Positions 37,546 through 50,451 are shown, counted from the whole stretch's first letter. The stretch: 63,731 bases of DNA, filler included, from Phoronis australis (GCA_002633005.1; 8 parts of 8 records of this genome joined end to end with filler, not necessarily neighbours in it); one strand, 5' to 3'. A program made the numbers and translations. Notes: a model not told the origin generated them from the letters alone.

Positions 37546-38598
37546 ACTGCAACCTTATCATGGCTATTGTTTCGTATAATGTCCCTGACGTATAAACAAA
37601 TATACGCATCTATCAATCTATCATCTTCGGCCGTGCTATGTGTCAGATGACAGACGAGGACATTCTAATCCAACCAGAGCACCGGAAGATTTTCTACACG
37701 TTATGCTTAAGCCTGGCTAAACTATAAAATTCATGTTAATATTTTGAGTGACTTTTAGAGGCAGATGGAATTCTAAAATACTTCCAACTTGAAAGAATAT
37801 TCCCGAAATTAGCATTTTTTTAGATAGCCCTTCCTTCCGCCATCAACGAAATCAGAGATCTGAGCCCTGTCTGTTCATGATTGCATCACTGTGCATGTAT
37901 ACAGTACATAAAATTTATAATCACATGAAGGTTGATCTCCATGACCTCGGGAATGAGTCAATCACTAAAATTCCCAATGATCCAGTAGCGTTGCGTACAC
38001 GATAACGTCACAACAAATTATCCATCATAACTGGTTTCACTATAAGTTTTTAAAATTTTGATACCAGCAAACTGTTNTTTTGATTTTATTAGCCAATGGC
38101 AGTCGCCATTTTGTATTGACGTCAATCCCCCAGCAAATAAATACTGTACTTCCGGTTTCATATAAACAACGTGGTTTTATCATCATTCATTTGGTAGCCT
38201 TAAAACATAAACCGAATTTTAGAAGAAATTTTGCTGCTGTGAATCTGTCCTCAGCCCCTGAGAGACGTCGCAAAAATGTAGGAAATGGCGCAAGCACGTG
38301 TCACAAGCCTACTGTTTTTAAATGACAACATAGGCCTACTTTTTTCGCTACAAAAGGCAGAGAATTACGCAAGAAAATGACGTTTATTAGATCGTTTTTC
38401 ACTTACTAGTAAACGACTGTAACGGGCAAGGTGAGTGTCCTTTGACTCCCAGAATTTGCTTCCCCCCTTGGGCCTGATGCACCCCTGCTGGTCTTTAGCT
38501 CTACATATTAAGTTTCACGGCGAGGTGATGAGCAGAACTACCCGGTCTGTGTGCAATTTCGAAATCTCGCCTGTCGGAGCTCAACACACAGTGGTACC

Positions 38599-38737
38599 TT
38601 ACACAGTGATCACCGTCTCTAGTTGGCCCAGTAGAGACGGTGGAACTCCTATAGGAGCTAATTCATATGCTGGAAGTGTGAAGCTCCCACAAGAGCTCTA
38701 CTGTCTCTGGACGCTAGAGACGGTGATCACTGTGTAA
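38599..38737. mobile_element. Young 139-bp MITE
   Basis: Perfect 24-bp TIR TTACACAGTGATCACCGTCTCTAG. Flanking direct repeat GTGGTACC (8 bp), or AGTGGTACCT (10 bp) if the ends are one base further in. Confidence 0.88.
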
Positions 38738-39269
38738 GTGGTACCTTATATTGACGATAGTCTTTATACAGCTAGCTGACTGGCTAACCATCCACTCCAG
38801 GTAGTTATGAGCACTTTGCCTTTGGCCTTCGCAGCCTTTGCACCATGAAATTTATATAGTCCGGTTACCTATTGTCGTCAGGCTCCAAAGGTCGTCCGCC
38901 ATCTTGTTTCGCGTGCAGCGCAACCACGCGGGACTTAGCGTTCCAATTTGGAGTGCTTGTCTGCACGTTAGGTACTAACTTATCGGAAGAGACACGGATC
39001 AAAGTAATGAGACAAAAATCGGTGACTTTACCGATTGTTTTTTAAAACCACTTAAAAATCAGTAGATTTTACTAATACACTTTTTTGTGCGTTTTCAGAA
39101 GANNNNNNNNNNNNNNNNNNNNNNNNNNNNNNNNNNNNNNNNNNNNTTAATTAATTAANNNNNNNNNNNNNNNNNNNNNNNNNNNNNNNNNNNNNNNNNN
39201 NNAACACCGCCATATTGGAAATGGGTCAGAATGTTGCATTGTGGTTATAGCGGTATGATTCCCAAATTA

Positions 39270-39500
39270 AAATCGGGTAAGGCCACTGGTATAGACGGGA
39301 TCCCATACGAAGTGCTGAGATCTCCAGAGATGGTTAATGTTTTAGTCTCGCTCTTTCAGGTCTTTGACACTTGACATATACCGTCATTATGGTATAAAGC
39401 GATTATCACCCCTATACCGAAAGGATCAGATAGAGATTTGAATTTATCGTCCAGCTATAGAGGTATAAGTGTGCTCTCCACCGTGTATTGTAATGTACTA
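39270..39500 (+). pseudogene. LINE reverse transcriptase N-terminal fragment
   Basis: GKATGIDGIPYEVL...IPSLWYKAIITPIPKG...SYRGISVLSTVY. Confidence 0.8.
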
Positions 39501-41688
39501 AAAGACTATTGATCACGATCAACTCTTGATCCTGTAAGCAACCGGGCTCAAAGTGTCTTGGGCTTGTGACTGAAGTCTCCCGTATACAGGCGTGCTAACT
39601 GTTACAATTTCAACTTGATTTACGCTTACATGTACTTGACAAGAAACCAAAATCTCATTTCATTGTGCTTTAATCTTGCGTCTTTTTTATTTTAGAAAAA
39701 ATAAAATAAAATCCAATTTAAAATCTCTGACTCATTCCAAATTCTTTGGAACACTTGATCATCAAGCGTAGTGTCGAGGATGCATAGATAACACATCTTT
39801 ATGTCGGTTATTGCAAATTATTTTCCTATCTAGGAGGGAGACAAACCTCGCGCACACCTTCGTGCGTATTCAAGCACACAACTAAACTACGAAAGCGTTT
39901 ATCCTCTATTAAATATTGATAACACATTTTACAACATTTTTCATCTGGAACACCTCCGAAAATTTCACAAATATGAATAAAATAGTGCAGTCACGGTCTC
40001 TTCCTCGTGCTTTCTGACGGAAGCAGACCAACTATCATGTGGTAGGCACGTGCGATGAGCCGTTCTAACCTTTAGACCGCCGAGAAACCAGGTTGCGGTG
40101 TTTGTTGCGTGCGACAGGTTTTCATCGTGGCCAGACATATCTCGGAGTATTGAATCTATGGTTATTATATTCTCAGCATTACCATAGAGCTCTAGACATG
40201 GAATGCCAACTCCCGTAAGTGACCAATATATTCTATTGTTAGAGCTTGGGAACCGCGAGGTTCCACTGTGAATGTCCGGTTGTGTGCTCGACTTAGTTTT
40301 GATCGAATGTTTAATTAGCAAATCAAGTCAAATTTCATTGCTTCGTTCTGGTTTTGTTATTTTTGTTGATCAAGTGCGAATCGTGAGGTACTGCTCCAGA
40401 CCACCTGCAAATTCTTGGAAAATAAGGACGGTCATAAAACCCCACAGTTAAACTCGTTTTAATAAAAAGTTATGTTTTATACTTTGAAAAACTCTAATTT
40501 CAGAGAAGATAAACCTTCCTTCAAATTGTATGATTGTGCTGAAAAAATTGAAGAAAAACCTTAAGTTTTTCCTAAAAAAATCTTTTTCAAATGCTAAACA
40601 TGAACACCACCACCAACGGCTGCAACCTAATCGTAAGCATTACCACAGACTAAAACATGCCATCTTTATCTACAGAACTAAATCTGGAAAGACGAACGTC
40701 ATTAGTATCAACATTACAAGTTTCTTCCAACTCAACGAGTAGCTCAACATGGACGGCTGAACCAAATGGTAAGTCATTGCTCTACGCTTATGGCGTAAGG
40801 CCAACTCATCAAGTGCGATCTGGCAGTTCACATGCACTCGGGTAGCGAAATACGAAGATGGGTCGTTAAAATCAGGAAAACGCACTTGCCTATTTTTTGT
40901 TCACTCAGGAACGTCTTTAGAAATTACCCCATAAGCCACCACCCGAATAAAAAACAAGTTTTCACAAGTTTCGTGTGCTAGAACGGTCATTTCGCCCTCG
41001 TCCGACTCTTACCAATAGATTCTGATCAGAGTACGTTGTTTGCCTGAGCGTCATGGTCGGGCGCCCAGGCAGTCGGGCTTTGCCGAACAACTCCGATTCC
41101 TACGTACATGTAGGTACCTCCTATTGTACTTTGATCGGAAACTTTGAGGCGAATTGGAATTCTTGCCCAGTCGCCAAAAATCTGAGGTGGAATTGGTCAC
41201 CTACAAAATTGAACCATACATACATGTATACATGTACAGTGTACTTTATCAAATCCTGGATGATCACAGAAATTTATTATTTATACGAACATATTGCCCA
41301 GATCTTAGTAACTACATGAAAGTTGAACAAGTTCAATTTTGGGTTTCTGGCGGGCCCTTTCTACCAACTACATTGTTCAGGCCATTCGGTGTTTTATATG
41401 TCAAGACTGCTGTTTTTAATTATTTTTGACAGTACCTCGATTACCTCGATTACCTCGATAGCTCAAAATGCCATAAACATTCCGTTGGCAAGATATCTAG
41501 TTGTTTCTGTTGCGTGTAATCCAGAGTGCTTTTTACGTCATGTGTCAATTAAATGAAAATGGCAAGAGCACTGCGTTAGTGAGATGTCTGTGATTTTCTG
41601 CCGGAGTGTATCCCTGGGTTTCTAAATGAGCGTGGTGGTAAATGGTCCCAGTGGGATGGAAACTCAGTTACCACGTGCGAGTATGAGA

Positions 41689-42431
41689 AACAGGGTCGAT
41701 AGTACATCCCCATAGAAAGTTACTTATTTCAAAATACAGCAAATAAAATCAAGTGAAACATGCATATATGCACATTGACTTATAATTAACGCACACCATG
41801 ACTCTGGATACAAGTAAGTCAACAAATAATTTGAACATGAAAATATGTCGCGGTTCGCTCATGTTTCTCTCACCGGGCGCCATTTTGAGGAAGTTACGTG
41901 AAATCACGCCTGTTGACGAACAAAAAGGACAAGAGACACAAATCTTACAAACTTGTCTTTATGTATCTTCCTATGCTATTTTGAAAGTGTCACGTGCCAG
42001 GTCACGCGCTTCACTTTGTCTCCCACTAGTCTTTGCCTAAATCACGTGACTCAGCTTGAGGTTATGGCGCTGGCGGTGAAACGTTTAAGATAACCCAACA
42101 AGTGGAGTTGGAATTCTTCGTCAAAGTCACCTTCATTATCATAGCTGTGCTTCATCAAAGACATGTGTAGAAGCAGAAAGGATCACCGATGAATGTAAGC
42201 GTTTTTAAGTGTAAAATGTATTTTTGACGAGGTGAAAACGCCTAATAGTTGAGCAGATTTCGCCTAGCGGTACCGCCTGTTAAAATACCTGACGAAATCA
42301 GTACAGAACGCGGCGGGAAGAATTGTAGCGCAAATCTGATTCTTATTTCCCACTAAAAGATTAAAAACTCGAAGTAAACTGAACAGAATACACTCTGAGA
42401 ACGTATGGCCAAACGACAAGCTTTTGCCCTA
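41689..42431 (+). mobile_element. Non-autonomous element, relative of 61395-62144
   Basis: Direct homology over about 640 bp with 61430-62105 (CGATAGTACATCC...TTTCAAAATACAGCAA...GCCATTTTGAGGAAGTTACGTGAAAT). Boundaries approximate. Confidence 0.7.
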
Positions 42432-42975
42432 GTTCCGGTGACGTCGCAGTTAAGTATCACAGAATCTCGAGTTCTTGTTATTAACCCGCAAAAGGTCTAT
42501 TAGGGTAACATTACGAGCGGCGGGGCCGAAGGGGAGCGTATCGGGCCGCGTAAATTTTTGCTTGCATGGCAAACACTGTGAAGGGCACAGATCGAAGTAC
42601 GTTTTGTTTCGTAATTGGCTATTCAGTGGTCAGAAGCATGAACTGAATGAAATTGTTTTGATGGTACTTCCAGTGTTTGAGCTAGTTCAATTTCGGGGGT
42701 CCTTTTGGGGTTTCTGACGTATCCTTTCCAAGAAACAATTAGTGTCATGGGTCTTCCCATGCTAACTGCAGCATGTTTATTCATTTTAAACCATTTTCCG
42801 ATAATCAGAATATCCGGTCTAGCTCACATTTTCGACAGCATTCCATGGACGAGACTTGGAGGTATTTCTGATGGGTCCAACACACGATGTTTTGTTTGTC
42901 ATATGCTATATAGTGGCCAGTGGCTCGTACTGAATCTTGTTTAAGTATTTTTGTTCCTTACCTTGAATATTTTGT

Positions 42976-43121
42976 AAATAGTAAAACTAGTAAAACTAAA
43001 ACGACGAGCATCGGTACTAAAATATATTAAAATATACCCACATTTCGAGCGATGAGTCGGGACACTTTATTATATTTTAGTACCGACGATTGTTGTTTTA
43101 GTTTTACTAGTTTTACTATTT
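42976..43121. repeat. AT-rich foldback element
   Basis: Arms AAATAGTAAAACTAGTAAAACTAAAAC...TCGGTACTAAAATATA and their reverse complement, about 55-60 bp each. Confidence 0.8.
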
Positions 43122-45200
43122 TATATTTTATTCGTCGGTAAATGCAGGGCATTCCAACATCTAATTGATTTGAATATTTCTACCTAGGTAAATTTTGGGC
43201 GTCCATTCTGGTTTCAGGCATTCCTTTCTCACCCAGAGTGAACTTTGTCTGTAACGGACCATTCAGTGAACAGTGAGGCACGATTGCTCATTTCATATTA
43301 ATTTAAACATGCAATATTTTTTCGCTGGTGAAATGTCTTATTTCCAGGCCTCGACGCTATTAAAATCGCCAGATCGCATTTTGCAATCTAGCCAAAATCC
43401 CAGGTTGCATTTTCAAAATTCAGCTCGCATTCATAAATGCCAGGTCGCAAAAGTTTCACGCCACTTTTACGCGCCAAAATGGATTTTTCAGATCATCAAG
43501 AAAATGTATAGATTATACTCTTACCTGCAGCATTAAATACTCACAAAGTTCAGATCCCAAAACTGACTTCGTTCATGCACGTTTGGCTTTACTGTTCTTC
43601 GCGACCGCCATTGAAAGGCTTGAGAGCGCAAGGCAACTTGCCGACGTGAAAGTTGAATTAGTGCTCTCTAACTGACACGTGCATTCAAGTAGCTAAGTTT
43701 GCGATGTGAAAAGGGAGAAAATGCCCGTTGAAAAAATATCCGGGATTTTGCTAGGTCTGACCTGCTACTGGCTGTCATCAAAGTCGTTAAAGATTCAAAC
43801 TAAATCCGAGTGCAAATTCCCTTCGCTTTTTGTCCGCAGCCCAAATTTTGCAACTTAACTCGACGTTTGAAGAACATCCGTCGAAAATAATCCGTGAAAC
43901 GATGCCCTAACCGAATGAACTATTCAGTGCAAATTTCACAACAAAAATGTGGTACTTATGCAGTTTACGTACTCAACAATTAGTTTTCCATGAAGTGAAT
44001 TGTCTTGAAATAATTCCCTACTCCCTCTGTGCGGGTTTTTCTCGGATAATTGCAAGTTTGCTCCTCAATACCTTCCAAGTACGGAAAAATAGGCCAGTCA
44101 CAAAACGACAAGCATGTCACAAGTGCTGACTTTCTTTCGGAGGTATAACACAAAGCCGGGAATTGGTTTTTACATAATGAGAAAAGACGTTTTTTTGAAA
44201 ACTGAATTTGAGAGTGACTCACCATGTAGGATGCGTGTCAATTTTAAACCACGCGCGGTCGTTTGTAGTGCGCTATGATGGGCGCTAGCCTGAACTGTGG
44301 CGCTTAATTGGAAATTCTCAAAAGTTGAAGGGGAGCGCTTAGTAGATCAGTGAGCGCTTATTGTGAAACACTTCAGAGGTAGGGAGTTGTCTTATGCGTG
44401 AGCATAGACTCTATTCACGCGGCGGACATTAAAATCCAAAGCGAGGCTCAGTGCGATAAACAAAGCGGAAATTTGCATTCCGTGAGTTAAATGGCGGTCT
44501 GTGGAGTCCAACGTGAATATTAAATCTTAAAAAATGTGTCAATAATTAACCACAGAGACGTAGAAAAATACAGTTAAAGAACAAGTCAATGCACCAAAGA
44601 GTTGTCTGACGAAAGGATATAGTTTTTTTCCGGAAAACTAGGTTCGAAACATGAAAAGTAAGCATGACCAAGTTGCGGCGGTCGTAGTGTTACGGATTAG
44701 ATATCATGCTGAATGCAGGGATACGTTTCGTCTAATAAATTATTGATAAAAATGTTTTCTACACGAACCAGGTCATCTGGTCGTATTGTTGACGAGTTGA
44801 AGATATATTCGACAGTGGTGGCTCATAGCATTTTGCTGTCATGTGCAATTAGTCTCATCTGGTTTAATTTGTTGACCAAGACTAGGCCTATTAGCTTCAA
44901 GCATAGCCTAGGTCCTGGTGAGGTAGGCACTACCGGGGCTAACAGTTGATTTGTCATTGATCTGAAATAATACTTGATGTTATTAAATATATATATTGAT
45001 TACGATAAAATACTAGGCTCGCAATTGAAAATAAAAGTTATATGACCATCAATTCTGCTTTCTCGTTTTTAATAATTACGTGTATTTAATGTGTTTTATT
45101 TTTCAAATTTCAATCTCGACCAAGTTGAACTTTAAAAATAAAACACCTAATTCTTTCGTCCAAAGCATAACCTTGTAATAGAGCTCAACTGGACAGAACA

Positions 45201-45322
45201 CAGTGGCGGATGTATAGGGGAGCCAAGGGGCTATGCCCCAGCCCCCCTAATGATTCTCCCAGATTCCNNNNNNNNNNNNNNNNNCCCCCCCCCCCCTAAC
45301 TCGATGTCCTGGATCCCCCCTG
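45201..45322. mobile_element. Nested CAG-ended MITE with 5-bp TSD
   Basis: GAACA|CAGTGGCGGAT...GGATCCCCCCTG|GAACA. The paralogous site near 860-880 is empty. Confidence 0.8.
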
Positions 45323-45522
45323 GAACAACCATAGTTATCATGTTTCTTCAGAGGCCTCGTTCATATCCGAGGGGAAAGGTGCCTCATGTACTGTGCTGCC
45401 TTCTGAGAGGGGAACGTTTCGCCGAGTGACGGGTCAGTGAAAACTCTACTGACCTCCCGATCACCATCAATAACACCTCGCCCTTTTGCAAACTCTCACA
45501 GCTCTGTCTCAAGTAGCATTTT

Positions 45523-45845
45523 CAGTGGCTGATCTAGGATACCATATAGGCCTAGTGAAGGCGGGGGGGGCGACATCCTCGGAGAAGCGGGCAAAGTGGG
45601 ATTGAATGCACGCAGGCGGCCCGGAAGTTGCGGGCGCCCACGATGTATACCTTCTACTCAGGAAATCTGTCGTTGGACTAAAAAAATAAAACGGAACGTG
45701 TTTTCCCCCCTCGTCCGCTACCGATCCTAGCTCGAACTCATGTATCAGTACAAGTTTCCTCCCGCTTCACGTTTTGCTGGTTTATTTTGCTTGCGGCAGT
45801 CAAGGGGGGGAGGGCGGGCCCCTGCCCCCCCTAAATCCGCCTATG
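45523..45845. mobile_element. Nested CA-ended MITE
   Basis: CAGTGGCTGATCTAGG ... CCTAAATCCGCCTATG. Flanks ATTTT / ATATT (one mismatch). Confidence 0.55.
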
Positions 45846-47047
45846 ATATTGTACTTTTGCAAATTGTCACCTCTGTGGTCACAGGTGATTTGAACCGTTG
45901 GAGAGAAATTTTCAATCACAAAGGGGATTTTTAGGCCTCCTACGTGTGGCCGGGAATTTCGCGTTATTTTTTAATATTTTTGAGAGGGGAATAGGGCCGG
46001 TATTTGGCCCCAAAATTGAGGGATTGAGGGCCTTGTCCTTTTTGTAAAGAAAAATGCATCGCGCTTCAACCCATAGTCATGAAAACACAGCCTGGCTGGC
46101 CGAAGATTCTCCGGTCCTCGTTGCTAAAGCGGCATCCAGTCCGAGATGCGACAAAATATCATTCGAAAACAGTTATAACATTTACACGGACATCTCTTCC
46201 TTCGTCGCGGTGTATGGCAAGGACCCAACGCTTCCGAATCTCAACGTCCTTAGGGATTGTAAAACAGAGTGTCCGTATTTTTTTCTAGCTGTTCGAGCAA
46301 CGGGGAGTACAACTATGCGGATAAGCCACTAGAGCTATCGTAGCGAGCCTCGTTTTGGAACGCACCTCCTGTCGGCGTGAATAGGGTCTATAGTCGTTAA
46401 CCTGAGTGTTTGCTATAACAAGATATTAAAAGACTACAATGGTAAGAAACGTTATAACAATACGATTTTGCCAGGCAAACTCCATCTAGTAGGGGTGATT
46501 TTCTGGATATCGTTACCACCTACACTGTACCCTTTTTGGCCACCCGCCATGATTTTTTTTTTAATTGCCCGCTTCAGGCGCAACTTAAGATTGTTTCTAT
46601 TGGAGTCTGAACATTTTTACGGCGGCGGTGGTCCGGGGAGCGAAAAATTGCCGGAGAGGGGGGTGTTTGAAAAGAAGAATAAAAAGTGCGCTAATATAAC
46701 CATAATTTCACATCTAGTACGCGTTTAGTTGCAATAGCTGGCTACGGGCATAGCATATAGTGCTTAGGGAACATCGACCTCGGGGAACGTCGGAACCGGA
46801 AAATATCAGTTCTGGGTTATATCGGTCCCGGGGAATATCGTAAAGCATCAGGTCTTCTATAACCGTCGGGAATCTATGAGTTCATTTTCAAATAAACCAT
46901 TGGCACCCGGGTGCTTAACAGAGCCAAGCCAGTATACTCTTTTAGTTAGGACTGTCGCTGTTCTCTTTTGATGTGCAGCTTTGAACTGGTGCGCACGGGC
47001 GAATTCACGCACTTTAATAGCTGGAATAGGTCTTTACGTTGGCAATA

Positions 47048-47396
47048 ACGTGTGAAAGACAAATCATATTTCGCGCGTATAGCCCCAGAAACAAGTAAAG
47101 GGGTTTGAGACTTTCTTGGCAACTGAAAGTAAACATGGGATCGTCGTTTGGCGATTAATAGGGTTGTCAGTTTCACTTTGGCTGTCTTATGGGATAAAAA
47201 CGAGGCGCATATCTCTCAGTCNACGTGTGAAAGACAAATCATATTTCGCGCGTATAGCCCCAGAAACAAGTAAAGGGGTTTGAGACTTTTTTGGCAACTG
47301 AAAGTAAACATGGGATCGCCGTTTGGCGATTAATAGGGTTGTCAGTTTCACTTTGGCTGTCTTATGGGATAAAAACGAGGCGCATATCTCTCAGTC
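47048..47396. repeat. 174-bp tandem duplication separated by a single N (probable assembly or haplotype overlap)
   Basis: 47048-47221 and 47223-47396 differ at two positions that I can see. Confidence 0.85.
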
Positions 47397-48377
47397 ACGA
47401 TTGTCTGACGGGACCGCTCGCACGCTAAAAACGGACCGACCAGTGCCGCAGTGCGATATCAGGGATATTGTTGTGGATATTTGGTACATAAAATAAGGAC
47501 ATCTTACGCAAAAAATAAACATATTTGTCCACCACAAGTTTTGGTAAGTTGATCGCTTAAGAATGAATAGAAACACCGCTATTTGTGACGTGTTATCACG
47601 TGTTATGCAGTGGCCTGAAACTTTCTTCGGCGAATTCGGAAATTTGCAAAAGTGGCCGAAACTGTTAGCCAATGAAACGCGTCAAAGATCGATTGTGCAC
47701 GCTACGTGATTACAAGTCATTGGGAAGGCTGTTCTCAGTTAGTGATCTTTTTCAACTTGGATTTGGCAACAACCAAATAATGGTCGGATGAACAAGAGCT
47801 GCTTTATATTTGCCAGGTATCTGCCGAGAAGTGTCAAAACTCAGCTCGCATTCGTTGGAAATTCCAGATCGCATTTTGCGACTTGATACATGTACGAGCT
47901 GACAAAAATCTCAGCTCGCATTTCCAAATTTCAGGTCGCAAGTGTGACCTGCAGCTCGTTAAGTGGAGCCCTGATCTGATTTCAGTCGGCGATCAGCGTC
48001 ACGTGCTGGATAAGAGTGGGATTTTTTGGTGTACCTCGAATGTTTGAGGTGGCTCGATTTGGGGACCGAAGCCCTTTCTGGCAGGATTTTTCGAGACTGC
48101 AATTTGTCTGTCACGCGTCATTTACAAACTGTAGACAAATTATGGCACGGAAGTTGCCCCCTCGTTCAATTTTGGACCCATTGTTAGGTTACCAAGGGAT
48201 GATATGCACGAACGCAGACAGCAACAGACGTGCATTTCTGTGGTGTGCATTGAATGTTTATAGTCCTAGTTTTAGCTTGAAAACACCTCTTATTGGGGAC
48301 AAAAAAAACAACAAGAATATTATGTATTTTAAATTGTATTGGGAATTTCAGGGTCACAGCTCTACAAATAAATATTT

Positions 48378-48625
48378 CACAGAAGGAACCAGATGGGTTC
48401 CTTAATTACAAGGGATAACCCACAAATTAATTGAGTATCGGATATTAAGTGGCACAGATTAGCGTAGTACCAAATGGGTACAGCTGTACATAATACCAAA
48501 TGGGGATTGGCCGATTGCCTACCAAGTGGGTCGAGCAAAACGGCAAATTCAATAGCAAGTACCAAATGGGTACAAACTGCCAAATGGCCAAAGATTATAT
48601 AAAGTAACAAGTGGGTACACCAAAC
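48378..48625. repeat. Cluster of TACCAAATGGGTAC-like motifs (probable transposon subterminal repeats)
   Basis: About seven variants at irregular spacing of roughly 20-80 bp. Confidence 0.55.
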
Positions 48626-50054
48626 AGCCACCTGGGCTATAACAACCTGTAAAGCAGGTTCCGGACAAGCTCAGTGAGCAGACCAGCCGGAGTGATAAGA
48701 AGAGGATGTTGTAACAAGGAACGTGGTGTTGTGGCTCAGTATGTGCCACATGGGCAGGGTTATTGATGGATGATAAATCCTGTCCACCGCCACAACCCGC
48801 GTGGGGGGTCTGTGACCCTGGTAGAGGAGTGGCACAGGATGTGGGAAAAGGTAGTCGCAACCAATGGGAAATGGACCGATGCCTTTCTCAGATTTGCCTC
48901 CATATTCATTGAAGTTCACCCCCCACCCCTCCGGAGTGTAAGCACGACGTTCCACTTGGAGCACAGCACACTAGGACCGGTTGGATACCGCGCAATGAGC
49001 AGTACCGCTCCTGCAAAGCCACACCCTGGTCGACGATAGAGCCGGGGTTGTGGTCGCTGTAGATGACCCTCCCCTCTACTGACACCAAACCGCACCCACC
49101 TACCAGACACTGCTGTGCCTTAACTACAAGGGAAATTGCACTACAGGGCAGTGCAGACACAAAAATACCTGGGGGACCTGCGGTGGCTCCCACCCGAGCA
49201 TCGCATGCCACAGGGCCACCCAACACTCCCGGCCGGGCCATCGCTGTTTTAACCGATCTTTCAGTATGTCAAAAAAACAGCAAGTTATTGAGTTTTGACG
49301 CGTGCAAAAATTGCCAAAACACGCAAAATTGATATTTCGCATTGACGCAACTCAATTTGATTTCTAAAACGATTAACACGTAAGAGAAATTAAAAAGCAA
49401 GCATTGCTATAACACAAGCACAGATTCATGTACAGAGGTCATAGAACGTAAACACGACTGGTGGAAATTCGAACAGTCGGCCGACTGCAGGAATGCGTCG
49501 ACAATCTGAAGAAATCCCACTGCATGAGACGTAGGCCTATAGTATTTTAAAACTTTCAAGCTTTGTCGAGGACAAGTTATTCAATACTTCACCCGAAAGG
49601 GATTATGCATGGAAATCTATCAGCGGCGCGCCATCGGGGGCAATAGCCCCCCACTTCTTCCAGTGATTCGCCGCACATGGCCTATAGACGATGCACCACA
49701 GGGGGCTGAGGGGCTTTACCCCCACTTTTTTCAGTGCTGCGCCGCCTATGATATCGGTAGAAGCAATGGTAAGATACCCGGCTGTGTAGCACAGAAAATA
49801 TTCTCGATAAACAGCCAATTACACTACAGGGTTTAATGAGAGCTACCCGGTACATACATGTACATGTATGTTACAGTTGAAGTTAAAACAGTTGTACCAA
49901 TTACTCTCAGTTTCCAACACTGTGCTTATACGAAATACTGAGAGACATGAGCAATATGCAGATGACAGGCTGCTCATTTTACTGCTGTGGACACTTTTCA
50001 ACATCTGTCACATCAGTCGAATTTCAGTGACTTTATTGCACGTTATGCTTTTAA

Positions 50055-50298
50055 CATGCACGCACCAAGGGGTGGGGTATCGGAGGCGCGAACGACCCCC
50101 CTATTTGGCAAAGTGGGCAAAAAGGTCCGCCTTATAGAAAAAAAATCCGAAAAAAAGTTAAAAGTTATGTAAAAGGCAAAAACCATCAATATTCGGCGAA
50201 TGCACAATTCATAGCTCTGAACGTACCCCATGAATCTTAGTAAAATGTGCCCATTCACAAAATTCGAGCTCCCCCCCATCTCGTTGGAGACGTGCCTG
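50055..50298. mobile_element. MITE with 5-bp TSD (hAT5-like)
   Basis: TTTAA|CATGCACGCACC...GGAGACGTGCCTG|TTTAA. Left part is an inverted homolog of 17670-17747. Confidence 0.75.
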
Positions 50299-50451
50299 TT
50301 TAATGGGGCTATTCGAGGAACTCTCCTCGCGGTGTCGCTGCTGTACTGTGGTGATTGAAATGCGCATGCGTCGCTGCCTGCATGTAAACAGCTGGTAAAA
50401 AGACAGATTGTTATCAAAATACGTCGTCGCGCAAAGCCTTATTATTATGGT

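Larger units (their letters stand above)
44406..46389 (-). mobile_element. ISL2EU-like non-autonomous transposon with both ends and a THAP remnant (about 46185-46330)
   Basis: AT|AGACTCTATTCACGC ... GCGTGAATAGGGTCT|AT (TIR plus AT TSD). Minus-strand HSCTPRCSNS*...IPKDVEIRKRWVLAIHRDEG. Homologous to 320-1770. Confidence 0.78.
43345..47973. mobile_element. Possible 4.6-kb CAGG-ended DNA transposon relic hosting nested elements
   Basis: Ends CAGGCCTCGACGCTA / TAAGTGGAGCCCTG. The same CAG(A/C/G)TCGCA repeats cluster at 43370-43450 and 47840-47940. Flanks GTCTTATTTC / ATCTGATTTC (8 of 10 match). Confidence 0.5.

Noticed and set aside
38602-38734. CACAGTG / CACTGTG near the MITE ends, identical to the V(D)J RSS heptamer (possible ProtoRAG or Transib element)
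   Set aside because: The heptamer is 2-3 bp inside the TIR, there is no nonamer-like sequence at 12 or 23 bp, and the flanks give an 8- or 10-bp TSD rather than 5 bp.
320-46389. Inverted repeat pair of about 1.4 kb bracketing about 43 kb, suggesting a giant transposon such as a Polinton
   Set aside because: One copy has its own TIRs and TSD, the copies are diverged and on different segments, and no polymerase, capsid or integrase genes lie between them.
47048-47396. 174-bp tandem duplication
   Set aside because: A single N at the junction and two differences fit an unmerged allelic overlap.
48378-48625. Interspaced repeats superficially like a CRISPR array (also 7505-7745 and 21648-21768)
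   Set aside because: Repeats are short or degenerate with irregular or no spacers, there are no cas genes, and the context is a eukaryotic repeat landscape.
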